A stretch of 64,000 nucleotides of DNA from an uncultured virus (IMG/VR IMGVR_UViG_3300023237_000005). Lineage: Duplodnaviria > Heunggongvirae > Uroviricota > Caudoviricetes. Location: IMG/VR virus record IMGVR_UViG_3300023237_000005. One strand, 5' to 3'. The translations under genes were made by a program, and so were the position numbers. Below the pieces are notes generated by a model. That model saw only the letters and a program-made list of their open reading frames with translations. It had not been told where the DNA came from and ran no database searches. Shown one piece after another: positions 1 through 8,629 of the stretch. Position 1 is the stretch's first letter. The number at the start of each line of letters is the position of its first letter.

Positions 1-89
1 CTGAAGACAAAGAAGGAGTGAAGAACTTTACATTGTCTAAGCACGGGAACCGTATTAGAACTCGTACAAGAAATTTAAATGAAGACTAA
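1..89 (+). CDS. 3' end of a hypothetical protein (partial)
   Basis: Open frame ...EDKEGVKNFTLSKHGNRIRTRTRNLNED* ends at TAA 87-89, abutting the ATG at 90. Confidence 0.5.
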   Translation, partial: EDKEGVKNFTLSKHGNRIRTRTRNLNED

Positions 90-494
90 ATGCCAGCAAC
101 TTCAAAAGCACAACAAAGACTAATGGGAATGGCTTACTCTGTAAAGAAAGGCGATTCTAAATTTAGTGATATTGACTCTTCATACAGAGATAAAGTAAAA
201 GAACTTGTTGACGGTATGTCATTAGAAGATCTTAAGGATTTTGCTGAAACTAAACATGATGATCTTCCTGATCATGTAGAAGAAATGGAAGCACATTTAA
301 ATCCTAATATAAATGTTCCAGGGATGGGGGATGTTTCTTTCCCAGGAGATCCTAGTTCAATTAATTCATTTGGCGACCAAACTCCCGGAAGCGGGGATAT
401 TCCTTTTGCACTTAGCAAAAAGAAGAAGAAAAAGAAGAAACTCAAATATGTTAAAACATATGAAAGTTTTACTCTAGGAAATAAACAATCATAA
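90..494 (+). CDS. Small phage protein with a copy of the major capsid protein N-arm and a poly-Lys tract
   Basis: HLNPNINVPGMG...QTPGSGDIPFAL matches the MCP N-terminal segment in this window; poly-Lys run; C-terminal KYVKTYESF motif. Confidence 0.75.
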   Translation: MPATSKAQQRLMGMAYSVKKGDSKFSDIDSSYRDKVKELVDGMSLEDLKDFAETKHDDLPDHVEEMEAHLNPNINVPGMGDVSFPGDPSSINSFGDQTPGSGDIPFALSKKKKKKKKLKYVKTYESFTLGNKQS

Positions 495-1451
495 GTGGCA
501 ATCACACCTAAATATCAACTTAAAGATCTTTTTCAAACTGGCGATCTTATAAGTCAGGACTCTATGACTAACCTTATAGACTCTGCTTATAATCCAGCAC
601 TTATAGCTGGATCAAACATTTTCATCACAGGCATAGATACACCATCTGGTAGACAGATTACGATATCATCACCCGGGGGAAGTGGAGGAGGAACCCCAGC
701 CGGGAGTACAAACGAAGTTCAATACAACGATAACGGAGAGTTTGCATCTGATGAGTTCTTTTATAGAGCCGAAGATAAGTTCTACGTTACTTCTGTTATG
801 AAAGCAGGCGATGAAATGGACGTTGGAGCTGGAAATTGGGAAAACCTTATTGGAACTCCAATTATAGGTTCAGGTCTTACTTACTTGAAGGGTGATTTGT
901 TTTCAGGTTTAATTGTTGGAGACGGTAGTGAGGTAGGAGCTGGAGTAGGGCTCTTTTCTCTTACCGAAGACGATGTAACTGGAAATACAGCAGCCTTAGG
1001 TTCAAACACTGATTCAATCTATTTTAACTTAGACAGAGAAAACGAATCAGCAAGCATTATTCTTGATGAGTTTGCGTCCAGTGTGGAGTTTGGCAACGCT
1101 GACTACAAAGCAGAACTTATTTTAGAGAACGCTTCAGCTGGTTTGTTTCTTAAAGACGAGAATGGTGGAGAAGAGAGATCCATTACAGTTGTTGATTCTG
1201 GTATAAGAATAGGTTCAGCTCTAGGTTTTTACACTTTACCTGATGGTGACGGAACTGCCGGTCAAATTATTGAGACCGATGGAAACGGAAACCTAACTTG
1301 GGAAACTCCAAGCATACCAAGCATCATCCCTGCATACGATAATGATGCTGTAGCAGGCACTGCGGGTTTAGCTACTGGTGATATTTACCAGACTACAGGT
1401 GCAGCTGTAAATCCATTAAATGTAGCTGGTATAATGATGGTTAAGCAATAA
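495..1451 (+). CDS. Putative virion fibre/structural protein
   Basis: GTG start; LKDLFQTGD..LIDS N-terminus, GSTNEVQYND and YTLPDGDGTAGQIIETDGNGNLTW segments typical of phage fibre proteins; Gly-rich. Confidence 0.55.
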   Translation: MAITPKYQLKDLFQTGDLISQDSMTNLIDSAYNPALIAGSNIFITGIDTPSGRQITISSPGGSGGGTPAGSTNEVQYNDNGEFASDEFFYRAEDKFYVTSVMKAGDEMDVGAGNWENLIGTPIIGSGLTYLKGDLFSGLIVGDGSEVGAGVGLFSLTEDDVTGNTAALGSNTDSIYFNLDRENESASIILDEFASSVEFGNADYKAELILENASAGLFLKDENGGEERSITVVDSGIRIGSALGFYTLPDGDGTAGQIIETDGNGNLTWETPSIPSIIPAYDNDAVAGTAGLATGDIYQTTGAAVNPLNVAGIMMVKQ

Positions 1452-1534
1452 GTCATTTGTTTTCGACTACACACGATTTCACTATAGTATTACTAGCATC
1501 TGATGAATAGTGTGGATAAATATGAAGAAAATGA

Positions 1535-1561
1535 AAACAAATCTGTTCATGTTCATATAAT
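1535..1561 (+). promoter_or_regulatory. Putative early/middle promoter AAAC-N17-TATAAT (representative of 8-9 copies)
   Basis: Same motif with 17-18 nt spacer at 1535, 8584, 15105, 15962, 20554, 23512, 41574, 62558 (GAAC variant at 32471), always just upstream of replication/metabolic genes. Confidence 0.7.
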
Positions 1562-1575
1562 CTCTAAACGACAAT

Positions 1576-2067
1576 ATGGCAAATACAGACAATAAGTGTG
1601 CAGATCTAGAAGTTAGAGATTATTATACTGAAAATGGATATGATGAAAAATCTTCTTTAGGTGACTTATACGAACTCCAAGGTAAAACTCAGGATATGTA
1701 TGCACAAAAACAAGGAAAGAAATCATTTGGCGAGTTCAACATCGGTGAAGTGATAGATTTTATGATGATGAATAACCACGCGCTAGTAGATGAGCTTCAC
1801 GAGATGGTAGATGCGGTTGGTGGAATTGATGATGGTGCTGGTAATGCAGCATGGAAGCCTTGGAAGAGTGCTAATGCTGAAATTAGAGAAAAGAAACTTT
1901 CTGACTTATCTGATAATGATATGAAAGAACTTAAGATGGAGTTTATAGATGCAATGCACTTCATGTTTAATAATGGGTTAGCTTTAGGCATTACATCTCA
2001 GGAGATTTACAATTATTACCTAAGTAAGAATGAAGAAAATTGGAACAGAGCCCGCACCGGATATTAA
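1576..2067 (+). CDS. Dimeric all-alpha dUTPase/dCTPase (T4 gp56-like)
   Basis: DELHEM, WKPWK, EFIDAMHF and YLSKNEENWNR motifs of the MazG-like dUTPase/dCTPase family. Confidence 0.8.
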   Translation: MANTDNKCADLEVRDYYTENGYDEKSSLGDLYELQGKTQDMYAQKQGKKSFGEFNIGEVIDFMMMNNHALVDELHEMVDAVGGIDDGAGNAAWKPWKSANAEIREKKLSDLSDNDMKELKMEFIDAMHFMFNNGLALGITSQEIYNYYLSKNEENWNRARTGY

Positions 2068-2116
2068 GTTATCATAGTTTTTTAGATATAATTAATAACC
2101 CTCATAAAAATAAAGA

Positions 2117-3532
2117 ATGCTATTAGATATTTCCCAACACGACAAGCAGATTTGGATTTCATATTACAATTTAGAAGGTAAGACAAGGTTTAAGACTTAT
2201 GATGTTCTACCTGAAGAAATGTATAATTGGGAAGTATGCAGGGAAGGTGATAAGAAAGCTGACACTAAGATGAAAAATTGGGATGGTCGCCCAGTTAAGA
2301 AAGTGAAAGCCATGAGACTCAATAAGCACAGGATGATCCAATACATATCAGATATTGGGTTCTCTGATCGTGAATTGATTTTTGGTTATCATTTTCCACG
2401 AACATACTTTGTAGATATTGAAGTTGAAGTAAATGAGAATAATGATTTTACTGAGCCGTCCAAGGCAGCCACTCCAATCACCGCTATCTGTGTAGTAACA
2501 CCCAACCGACAGTGCATAATATTAGCAACTAAACAACTTCCTAAAGGGGAGATTGCTAAAATTGAAAATCGTATCAACAATCACTTTAAAGATCTTGATG
2601 TCACATACCAATTTGAATTTAAGTGTTTCGATTCTGAATATGATATGTTATATACATTTTTGGATAAGTTCGTAAAGAACTTCCCAATGATGACAGGTTG
2701 GAACTTCATTAAATTTGACTGGGCATATATTCGAAACCGAGCACGGAAGATCAACATCGATCCAAGAATTGCTTCACCTATCAAGGAACTAGGACAGACT
2801 AACGATGAATTTCCACTTCATGTAGGAATTATGGATTACATGGACATCTATAAAAAATGGGATCACTCAGTTGACATCAAGGAAGACTTTAAACTTGACA
2901 CTGTTGGCGAAGCAGTTTTAGGAATTAGGAAAGTTAAGTACGATGGCACTATTCAGGACATGTATGAAAAGGAATATCCTAAGTACATCTTCTATAATGG
3001 AGTAGATACTATTCTTGTTCAGTTAATTCATGAAAGAATTAAAACGATGGAGATTGCATTAACAATATCTCACTTAAGCCAAGTAACAGTATTCAAAGCA
3101 GGTTCTCCGGTTGCGGTAACAGAATCTTTAATCTGCCGAGCATTATTGGGTAAGGATTTAGTTATGGCAAAGGATCCAGCTAAAGTATCAATTAAGACTG
3201 GGAAGTATGCAGGCGCATTTGTAAAACACCCTATTCCAGGACTTCACTCTGCTGTTGCTTGCTTCGACTTTGCATCGCTATATCCTTCGATAATGAGACA
3301 GATGAATGTATCACCTGAAAGTTTTATTGCTAAAGTGGCACCTGAAGAAAAAGATACTGAACTTGGACCAGATAGAATTGTAGCAATTAACGGTGCTGTC
3401 TATAGCACGGACACTTCTATTTTGAAAGAAATTCTAACTGATTTGTATGGCCAGAGAAAGACTTATAAGAAGAAATCGTTTGAGCTTCAGACCCAAGCGT
3501 ACGAGATGGAGAAAGCCATATCTAAGTCCTAG
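2117..3532 (+). CDS. gp43: DNA polymerase family B, N-terminal subunit (3'-5' exonuclease, motif A, first finger helix)
   Basis: ExoI DIEV, ExoII GWNFIKFDW, ExoIII YNGVD, motif A DFASLYPSIM; ends before motif B. Confidence 0.92.
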   Translation: MLLDISQHDKQIWISYYNLEGKTRFKTYDVLPEEMYNWEVCREGDKKADTKMKNWDGRPVKKVKAMRLNKHRMIQYISDIGFSDRELIFGYHFPRTYFVDIEVEVNENNDFTEPSKAATPITAICVVTPNRQCIILATKQLPKGEIAKIENRINNHFKDLDVTYQFEFKCFDSEYDMLYTFLDKFVKNFPMMTGWNFIKFDWAYIRNRARKINIDPRIASPIKELGQTNDEFPLHVGIMDYMDIYKKWDHSVDIKEDFKLDTVGEAVLGIRKVKYDGTIQDMYEKEYPKYIFYNGVDTILVQLIHERIKTMEIALTISHLSQVTVFKAGSPVAVTESLICRALLGKDLVMAKDPAKVSIKTGKYAGAFVKHPIPGLHSAVACFDFASLYPSIMRQMNVSPESFIAKVAPEEKDTELGPDRIVAINGAVYSTDTSILKEILTDLYGQRKTYKKKSFELQTQAYEMEKAISKS

Positions 3533-3614
3533 TAAGACATTTACTACAAACTTAAGCGGTATAAATATACTATAGATAATTTAACTCACGGAGACATTAT
3601 CTAGCACAATCTTG

Positions 3615-3663
3615 CCACTTAAATGTAGCTATATGAAGAAATTCAAAGCATACATTTAAGTGG
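3615..3663 (+). promoter_or_regulatory. Long hairpin in the ribonucleotide reductase leader
   Basis: CCACTTAAATGTA / TACATTTAAGTGG inverted repeat with inner pairing and a GAAA loop, downstream of TATAAATA at 3560. Confidence 0.5.
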
Positions 3664-3697
3664 TTATTTTAACTTTACCAAAAAGAAAATAATATAA

Positions 3698-5923
3698 ATG
3701 AAAATGAATGGAACGCGAATTTTATCTGACATTAAATTTTACAATGACTACTCGAAGTACAACGAGAAGTTAGAGCGAAAACAGACCTGGGATGAGAGGG
3801 TTGATAGTGTAATGGATATGCACCGTACAAATCCAAAGTTTAAAGAAGCTTTTAAGAACAAAGAATTTGTTAAGATGTTTGATAGTGCAGTTAGTGCATA
3901 TCAAGAGAAATTAGTATTAGCGTCTCAAAGATCTTTGCAGTTTAGCGGAGCACCTATTATGAAGCATAACGCCAAGATGTACAATTGTACTGTATCATAT
4001 TGTGATAGAACGGCAGTATTCCAGGAAGCTATGTATATGTTACTTTGTGGCTGTGGAGTTGGAATGTCATTCCTAAAACCGTATGTTGCTAAACTGCCTA
4101 CAGTATCTAAAAGAACAAACGGTACTAAGACATATGTAATTCAAGATTCTATTGAAGGTTGGTCAGATGCAGTTGGAGTATTAATGTCTTCATATTTTGA
4201 TGCTGACCGTACATTCCCAGAATATAAAAATAGCGTTGTTCACTTTGATTATAGTCTAATAAGACAAAGAGGATCTCTGATAGCTGGAGGATTTAAAGCA
4301 CCAGGACATGAAGGACTTCAGCAGTCTTTAGAAAGAATAGAACGTCTATTAGAATCTTATATTACAGTAGCAAGCATTAAGATGACTCCTATTATTGCAT
4401 ACGATATTTTGATGCATTGTTCTGATGCTGTGCTCAGCGGCGGAGTTAGGCGTTCAGCCTCAATTGCCTTATTCAGTCATGACGATGCGGAAATGATGAA
4501 TGCAAAGACTGGAAATTGGTTCATGTCTAATCCACAGCGGGCAAGATCAAATAACTCTGTTGTATTAGTAAAGGATGAGATTAGCAGAAGTGCATTTGAT
4601 GAAATATTCAATTCGACTAAAGAGTTCGGTGAACCTGGATTTGTATTTTCAGAGTCTATTGAAGTTGTCTATAACCCATGTGTAGAAATAGGAATGGTCC
4701 CACGCACAATTGAAATGGTTAGCGGATGGCAAGTATGCAATTTAACAGAAATCAATGGTAGGAAGTGTGCTGATGCAGATGCATTCTTTAGAGCCTGTGC
4801 TGCTTCTGCCTTCATTGGAACACTTCAAGCATCGTATACTGATTTTAAATATCTGGCTCCAGAAAGTAAGGAGATATGTGACAATGAAGCTCTTATCGGT
4901 TGTTCGATTACAGGATTTATGAACAGCCCAAAGATTCTATTTGATCCAGAAATTCTACAGCGTGGTGCAACTATCATTAAAGAAGTTAATGCAATCGTAG
5001 CTGAGATGATCGGGATCAACCGAGCTGCAAGAACTACGTGCGTGAAACCTTCAGGAAATGCGAGCATTCTCCTAGAAACTACTTCGGGTATTCATGGTGA
5101 ACATTCTCCTACGTATTTTAGGATTATGCAAATGAATAAAGATGAAGAAGTTTCTAAATATCTTATGTCTAAATATCCTGATCTTATTGAAGAATCTGTA
5201 TGGTCTTCTCAGAATACTGACTACGCTCTGTTTATTCCAGTTAAAGCCGATAAAAAAACAATATTCAAATCTGAACTACTTGGCACAAAGCAATTAGAAT
5301 ACGTTAAGCTGGTTCAGCAGAACTGGGTTGAGCCTGGAACTAACATAGATCTTTGTATTATTCCTGAAGTTCGTCATAACGTATCTAATACTATTACTGT
5401 TGATGACTGGGAAGAAGTAAGAGAATATATCTGGAATAATAAGAAATGGTTCTCAGGAATTAGTCTTTTACCATTTGTAGGAGATAAAGTCTATAACCAA
5501 GCACCATTTACTGAAGTGCTTGATCCTAATGAAATCATTGAAAAATACGGTCAACCTTCTATGTTCGTATCTGGGATGATAGTTGACGCATTACACTTAT
5601 TTGAGAACAACTTATGGAAGGCATGTGATTATTTAATGGATGCAGAACTTCCAATAGAAGGAACACGACAGTCAGTATTACTTAAGAAGGATTGGTTAAG
5701 TAAAGCCAAGAAATTCGGAAGACGTCATTTTAAAGGTGTAGATGAATTAGTCTTCTGTATGAAAGACGTTCACTTAGCACATAAGTGGATGAAGACAAGT
5801 AGATCTATTGCAAACTTGGACGTAACATCAATTTTAACTAAGATCAAGCCCAAATACGTTGAGGTGAACAAATTCTCTGCTGTTGCTTGTGCTGGTGGTT
5901 CATGTGAAATAGTAGCACTATAA
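3698..5923 (+). CDS. nrdJ: Ribonucleotide reductase, probably class II (AdoCbl-dependent RTPR type)
   Basis: YNC, NPCVEI, CNLTEIN, TCVKPSGNAS and C-terminal ACAGGSCEI; no small-subunit gene in this window. Confidence 0.8.
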   Translation: MKMNGTRILSDIKFYNDYSKYNEKLERKQTWDERVDSVMDMHRTNPKFKEAFKNKEFVKMFDSAVSAYQEKLVLASQRSLQFSGAPIMKHNAKMYNCTVSYCDRTAVFQEAMYMLLCGCGVGMSFLKPYVAKLPTVSKRTNGTKTYVIQDSIEGWSDAVGVLMSSYFDADRTFPEYKNSVVHFDYSLIRQRGSLIAGGFKAPGHEGLQQSLERIERLLESYITVASIKMTPIIAYDILMHCSDAVLSGGVRRSASIALFSHDDAEMMNAKTGNWFMSNPQRARSNNSVVLVKDEISRSAFDEIFNSTKEFGEPGFVFSESIEVVYNPCVEIGMVPRTIEMVSGWQVCNLTEINGRKCADADAFFRACAASAFIGTLQASYTDFKYLAPESKEICDNEALIGCSITGFMNSPKILFDPEILQRGATIIKEVNAIVAEMIGINRAARTTCVKPSGNASILLETTSGIHGEHSPTYFRIMQMNKDEEVSKYLMSKYPDLIEESVWSSQNTDYALFIPVKADKKTIFKSELLGTKQLEYVKLVQQNWVEPGTNIDLCIIPEVRHNVSNTITVDDWEEVREYIWNNKKWFSGISLLPFVGDKVYNQAPFTEVLDPNEIIEKYGQPSMFVSGMIVDALHLFENNLWKACDYLMDAELPIEGTRQSVLLKKDWLSKAKKFGRRHFKGVDELVFCMKDVHLAHKWMKTSRSIANLDVTSILTKIKPKYVEVNKFSAVACAGGSCEIVAL

Positions 5924-5954
5924 GATTGAATATATACTTCAAATAGATTAACGT

Positions 5955-6611
5955 ATGGAGCACATTTTAGAATTTAACGAGTTTATAACAGAACGATATG
6001 GTCGTAGTGGTCATTCTTCTATGTATAAAGATAATGCGAAAACAGAGTTTGGTACATCTATAATTAAATTTGTAGATTCTTACTTTCGTGGGACTAATGA
6101 TAATTCAACAGTAAGTACAGTTAAAAGCTATATCTATGACATTATTGAAGCAGAAGTAAATGATGAACTTAACGTTGTAGATTTAGATGACTGGGATGAT
6201 AAAGCATTCGATGATTTTCTAATAAGACTGATTAACGCAGTTGAAGATGGTGAACATATAGTAGCATCTAAAATTGAAGATTATCTAACAGACTTAAATG
6301 CACAAGACATAGAAGATAAAGTTGTTGACTTGGAGAGAGATCTTGAAGAAGCTGAGAGGGTACGAAAAGAAATGGATGCTGATATGGATATTGACGCTGG
6401 TTCAGTTATAGCTCAAGGTAAAGAATGGACTGATGCTGATGGTAATCGTTGGGGTGCTGAAATGAACAATGCAGATGAGAAGATCGACAGTCTTAAAGCA
6501 GAAATTGAAAAGGTAAAATCTCAAGGTCTAGATTCTAAAGTAATAAAGAACCTTGAGAAAGTTACAAAAAATGAAGTCAATTCTGTAATAAAATTAATCA
6601 ATAAGATATGA
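5955..6611 (+). CDS. Hypothetical protein with capsid-targeting-like N-terminus (candidate internal head protein)
   Basis: Starts MEHILEFNEFITE; late-type box AATATATA at 5929. Confidence 0.55.
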   Translation: MEHILEFNEFITERYGRSGHSSMYKDNAKTEFGTSIIKFVDSYFRGTNDNSTVSTVKSYIYDIIEAEVNDELNVVDLDDWDDKAFDDFLIRLINAVEDGEHIVASKIEDYLTDLNAQDIEDKVVDLERDLEEAERVRKEMDADMDIDAGSVIAQGKEWTDADGNRWGAEMNNADEKIDSLKAEIEKVKSQGLDSKVIKNLEKVTKNEVNSVIKLINKI

Positions 6612-6627
6612 AACACTTAAATAGTTT

Positions 6628-7368
6628 ATGAACAAATTTATATTAGGTCCTTGTTCTGTAGAGAGCAGGGACCTTTTTTATTCTATAGCAGAATCGCTAT
6701 ATCCTAAGATGCAAGGAAAGTCTTGGTATCTTAAAGGCTCTTTTGATAAAGCTAATCGAACATCTATACATTCTGATCGTGGACCTGGACTTGCAGCGTC
6801 TATTGAAATATTCGATGAAGTTAAACGTAACTTCCCTGGAATACAACTATCAACTGATGTCCATGAAACATGGCAGATTAATAGATTAGCAGGTCAAGTT
6901 GATATGATCCAAATTCCAGCATTTTTATGTAGACAGACAGACCTCGTTGTAGAAGCAGCACGTTCTTTCAAGGTTATAAATATCAAGAAAGGACAATGGA
7001 TGTCAGCAGAAGCAATGAAACATATCGTCAGTAAGGCTAAAGACGCTAATCCAGAATGCCACGTAATAATAACTGAAAGAGGAAGTCAATTTGGATTCGA
7101 TAGAGTTATAGTTGATTTTAGAGGTGTTGAAGTAATGAAGAAATTCGCAGATGAAGTCATATTAGACTGTACACATTCGACTCAAATGTCAGGAGATAGT
7201 ATGACTGGTGGTGATAGAGAGCTTGCTAAAAAATATACACAAGCAGCTGGAATATTTGGATACGACGGAGTATTTGTCGAAACACATCCTGAACCAGAAA
7301 AAGCTATATCTGACAAGGATAGTCAAATCGAACTATCTTGGGTTGAGGATTGGATAAATACTATATGA
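6628..7368 (+). CDS. kdsA: KDO-8-phosphate synthase
   Basis: GPCSVE, KGSFDKANRTS, QIPAFLCRQTDL, NIKKGQW, ERG, DCTHSTQ, ETHPEP..SD motifs. Confidence 0.93.
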   Translation: MNKFILGPCSVESRDLFYSIAESLYPKMQGKSWYLKGSFDKANRTSIHSDRGPGLAASIEIFDEVKRNFPGIQLSTDVHETWQINRLAGQVDMIQIPAFLCRQTDLVVEAARSFKVINIKKGQWMSAEAMKHIVSKAKDANPECHVIITERGSQFGFDRVIVDFRGVEVMKKFADEVILDCTHSTQMSGDSMTGGDRELAKKYTQAAGIFGYDGVFVETHPEPEKAISDKDSQIELSWVEDWINTI

Positions 7369-8012
7369 AAGCTAAAGAATCAGCTGGGTTAGCAATTGTC
7401 TTTGAAGGTAAAGTACTATTAGCTCACACTACTGGCCGAGGTTGGTGGGGAAGTTATGGTATTCCTAAGGGTGGAATAGATGAAGGAGAATCTAAATTAG
7501 ATGCTGCTATCAGAGAAACGTATGAAGAGGTTGGTATTAAAGTACCAATACATATGATTGATAAGACTGAGCATACTTACACTCTAACAGGTAAAGGACA
7601 AAGAGTTAATAAGATAGTCTATTGGTACATTGTAAAAATAGAAAGTTTATCAGATCTTAAAATTAAGGATTTGAAGATACCTAAGAAGGACCTTCAAGTT
7701 GAAGAAGTTGATTGGGCTGGGTTTATTCCTTATTCAGAAGCTATGAAAAGAGTTATGAAAAGTCAAATTAACGTAATTAACAACCTTAGGGGTAGTGGCT
7801 TAATTGAAAGTTACAATTCTTTAGGTGATAAATATAACAGATCAGAACAAACTATGAAACACGTAAAACTATTTGAAGAATTCATTTTAGATGAAGAAAG
7901 TAATTTAAGCGGTAAAATTAAATTTTTATCACACAAGAAACATGGGGATACAGAAGCAGCAGAAGATTACATCGAGGAATTTATTAAAGTTTGCAAAAAA
8001 ACATTAGGATAG
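7365..8012 (+). CDS. NUDIX hydrolase with C-terminal extension
   Basis: Nudix box PKGGIDEGESKLDAAIRETYEEVG; ATG 7365 follows GATAAATA at 7353. Confidence 0.85.
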   Translation: MKAKESAGLAIVFEGKVLLAHTTGRGWWGSYGIPKGGIDEGESKLDAAIRETYEEVGIKVPIHMIDKTEHTYTLTGKGQRVNKIVYWYIVKIESLSDLKIKDLKIPKKDLQVEEVDWAGFIPYSEAMKRVMKSQINVINNLRGSGLIESYNSLGDKYNRSEQTMKHVKLFEEFILDEESNLSGKIKFLSHKKHGDTEAAEDYIEEFIKVCKKTLG

Positions 8013-8393
8013 CATATAAACCCATTTGATGAATTTATCAGTATAGTAGAAGTCAATGAAAAGAGTAAATCTTTAACTTCAGTTATCTCTGATGCTAACA
8101 AGCTTAAAGCTGAACTTCAAACTCTTAAGGGTCAATTGAAAGGTACGAGTGGTAAAGTTAAGAGTTCTATTGAAACTAGCATTCTTAATACTGAAGAGAA
8201 GCTTCGACGCGTAGCTAAATTGATTATGAATTTGAGGGCTGATGAATCTCTTAACGAAGCCAAAACCTTAATGGCATTGCAACGTTCATTAGATAAACTA
8301 CAAAACGATTACGAAAAAGAACTGGATGATGAAGCTCTTGATGCTTTATCAGACTTTATAATAATTATAAACAATAAAATCAAAGAAAAGTAA
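8013..8393 (+). CDS. Hypothetical coiled-coil protein; frame continues the NUDIX frame after one TAG, start uncertain
   Basis: Frame is open from 8013 (HINPFDEFISIVEVNE...) to TAA 8393. Confidence 0.45.
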   Translation, partial: HINPFDEFISIVEVNEKSKSLTSVISDANKLKAELQTLKGQLKGTSGKVKSSIETSILNTEEKLRRVAKLIMNLRADESLNEAKTLMALQRSLDKLQNDYEKELDDEALDALSDFIIIINNKIKEK

Positions 8394-8395
8394 AA

Positions 8396-8572
8396 ATGGA
8401 AAAATTCGAAGAAATTAAAGCTCTTATTGCAAGCGTGGAAGAAGATGTAGACAAGTTCTACAAAAAGGGTAACAAGTCAGCAGCCGTACGGATTCGTAAA
8501 GGTATGCAAGATATTAAAACTCTAGCGCAAGAAGTAAGAGGACATGTCCAAGAGACAAAGAATAGTATGTAG
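8396..8572 (+). CDS. Histone H1-like nucleoid protein (Hc1 family), 58 aa, absent from ORF track
   Basis: MEKFEEIKALIASVEEDVDKFYKKGNKSAAVRIRKGMQDIKTLAQEVRGHVQETKNSM; KF..KGNKSA..R.RK is the Hc1/Bacteroidota histone-H1-like signature. Confidence 0.8.
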   Translation: MEKFEEIKALIASVEEDVDKFYKKGNKSAAVRIRKGMQDIKTLAQEVRGHVQETKNSM

Positions 8573-8629
8573 GCTTAAATTTTAAACCTATTTTAGAAAG
8601 TTCATATAATAGTTGTAACAGACTAATAT

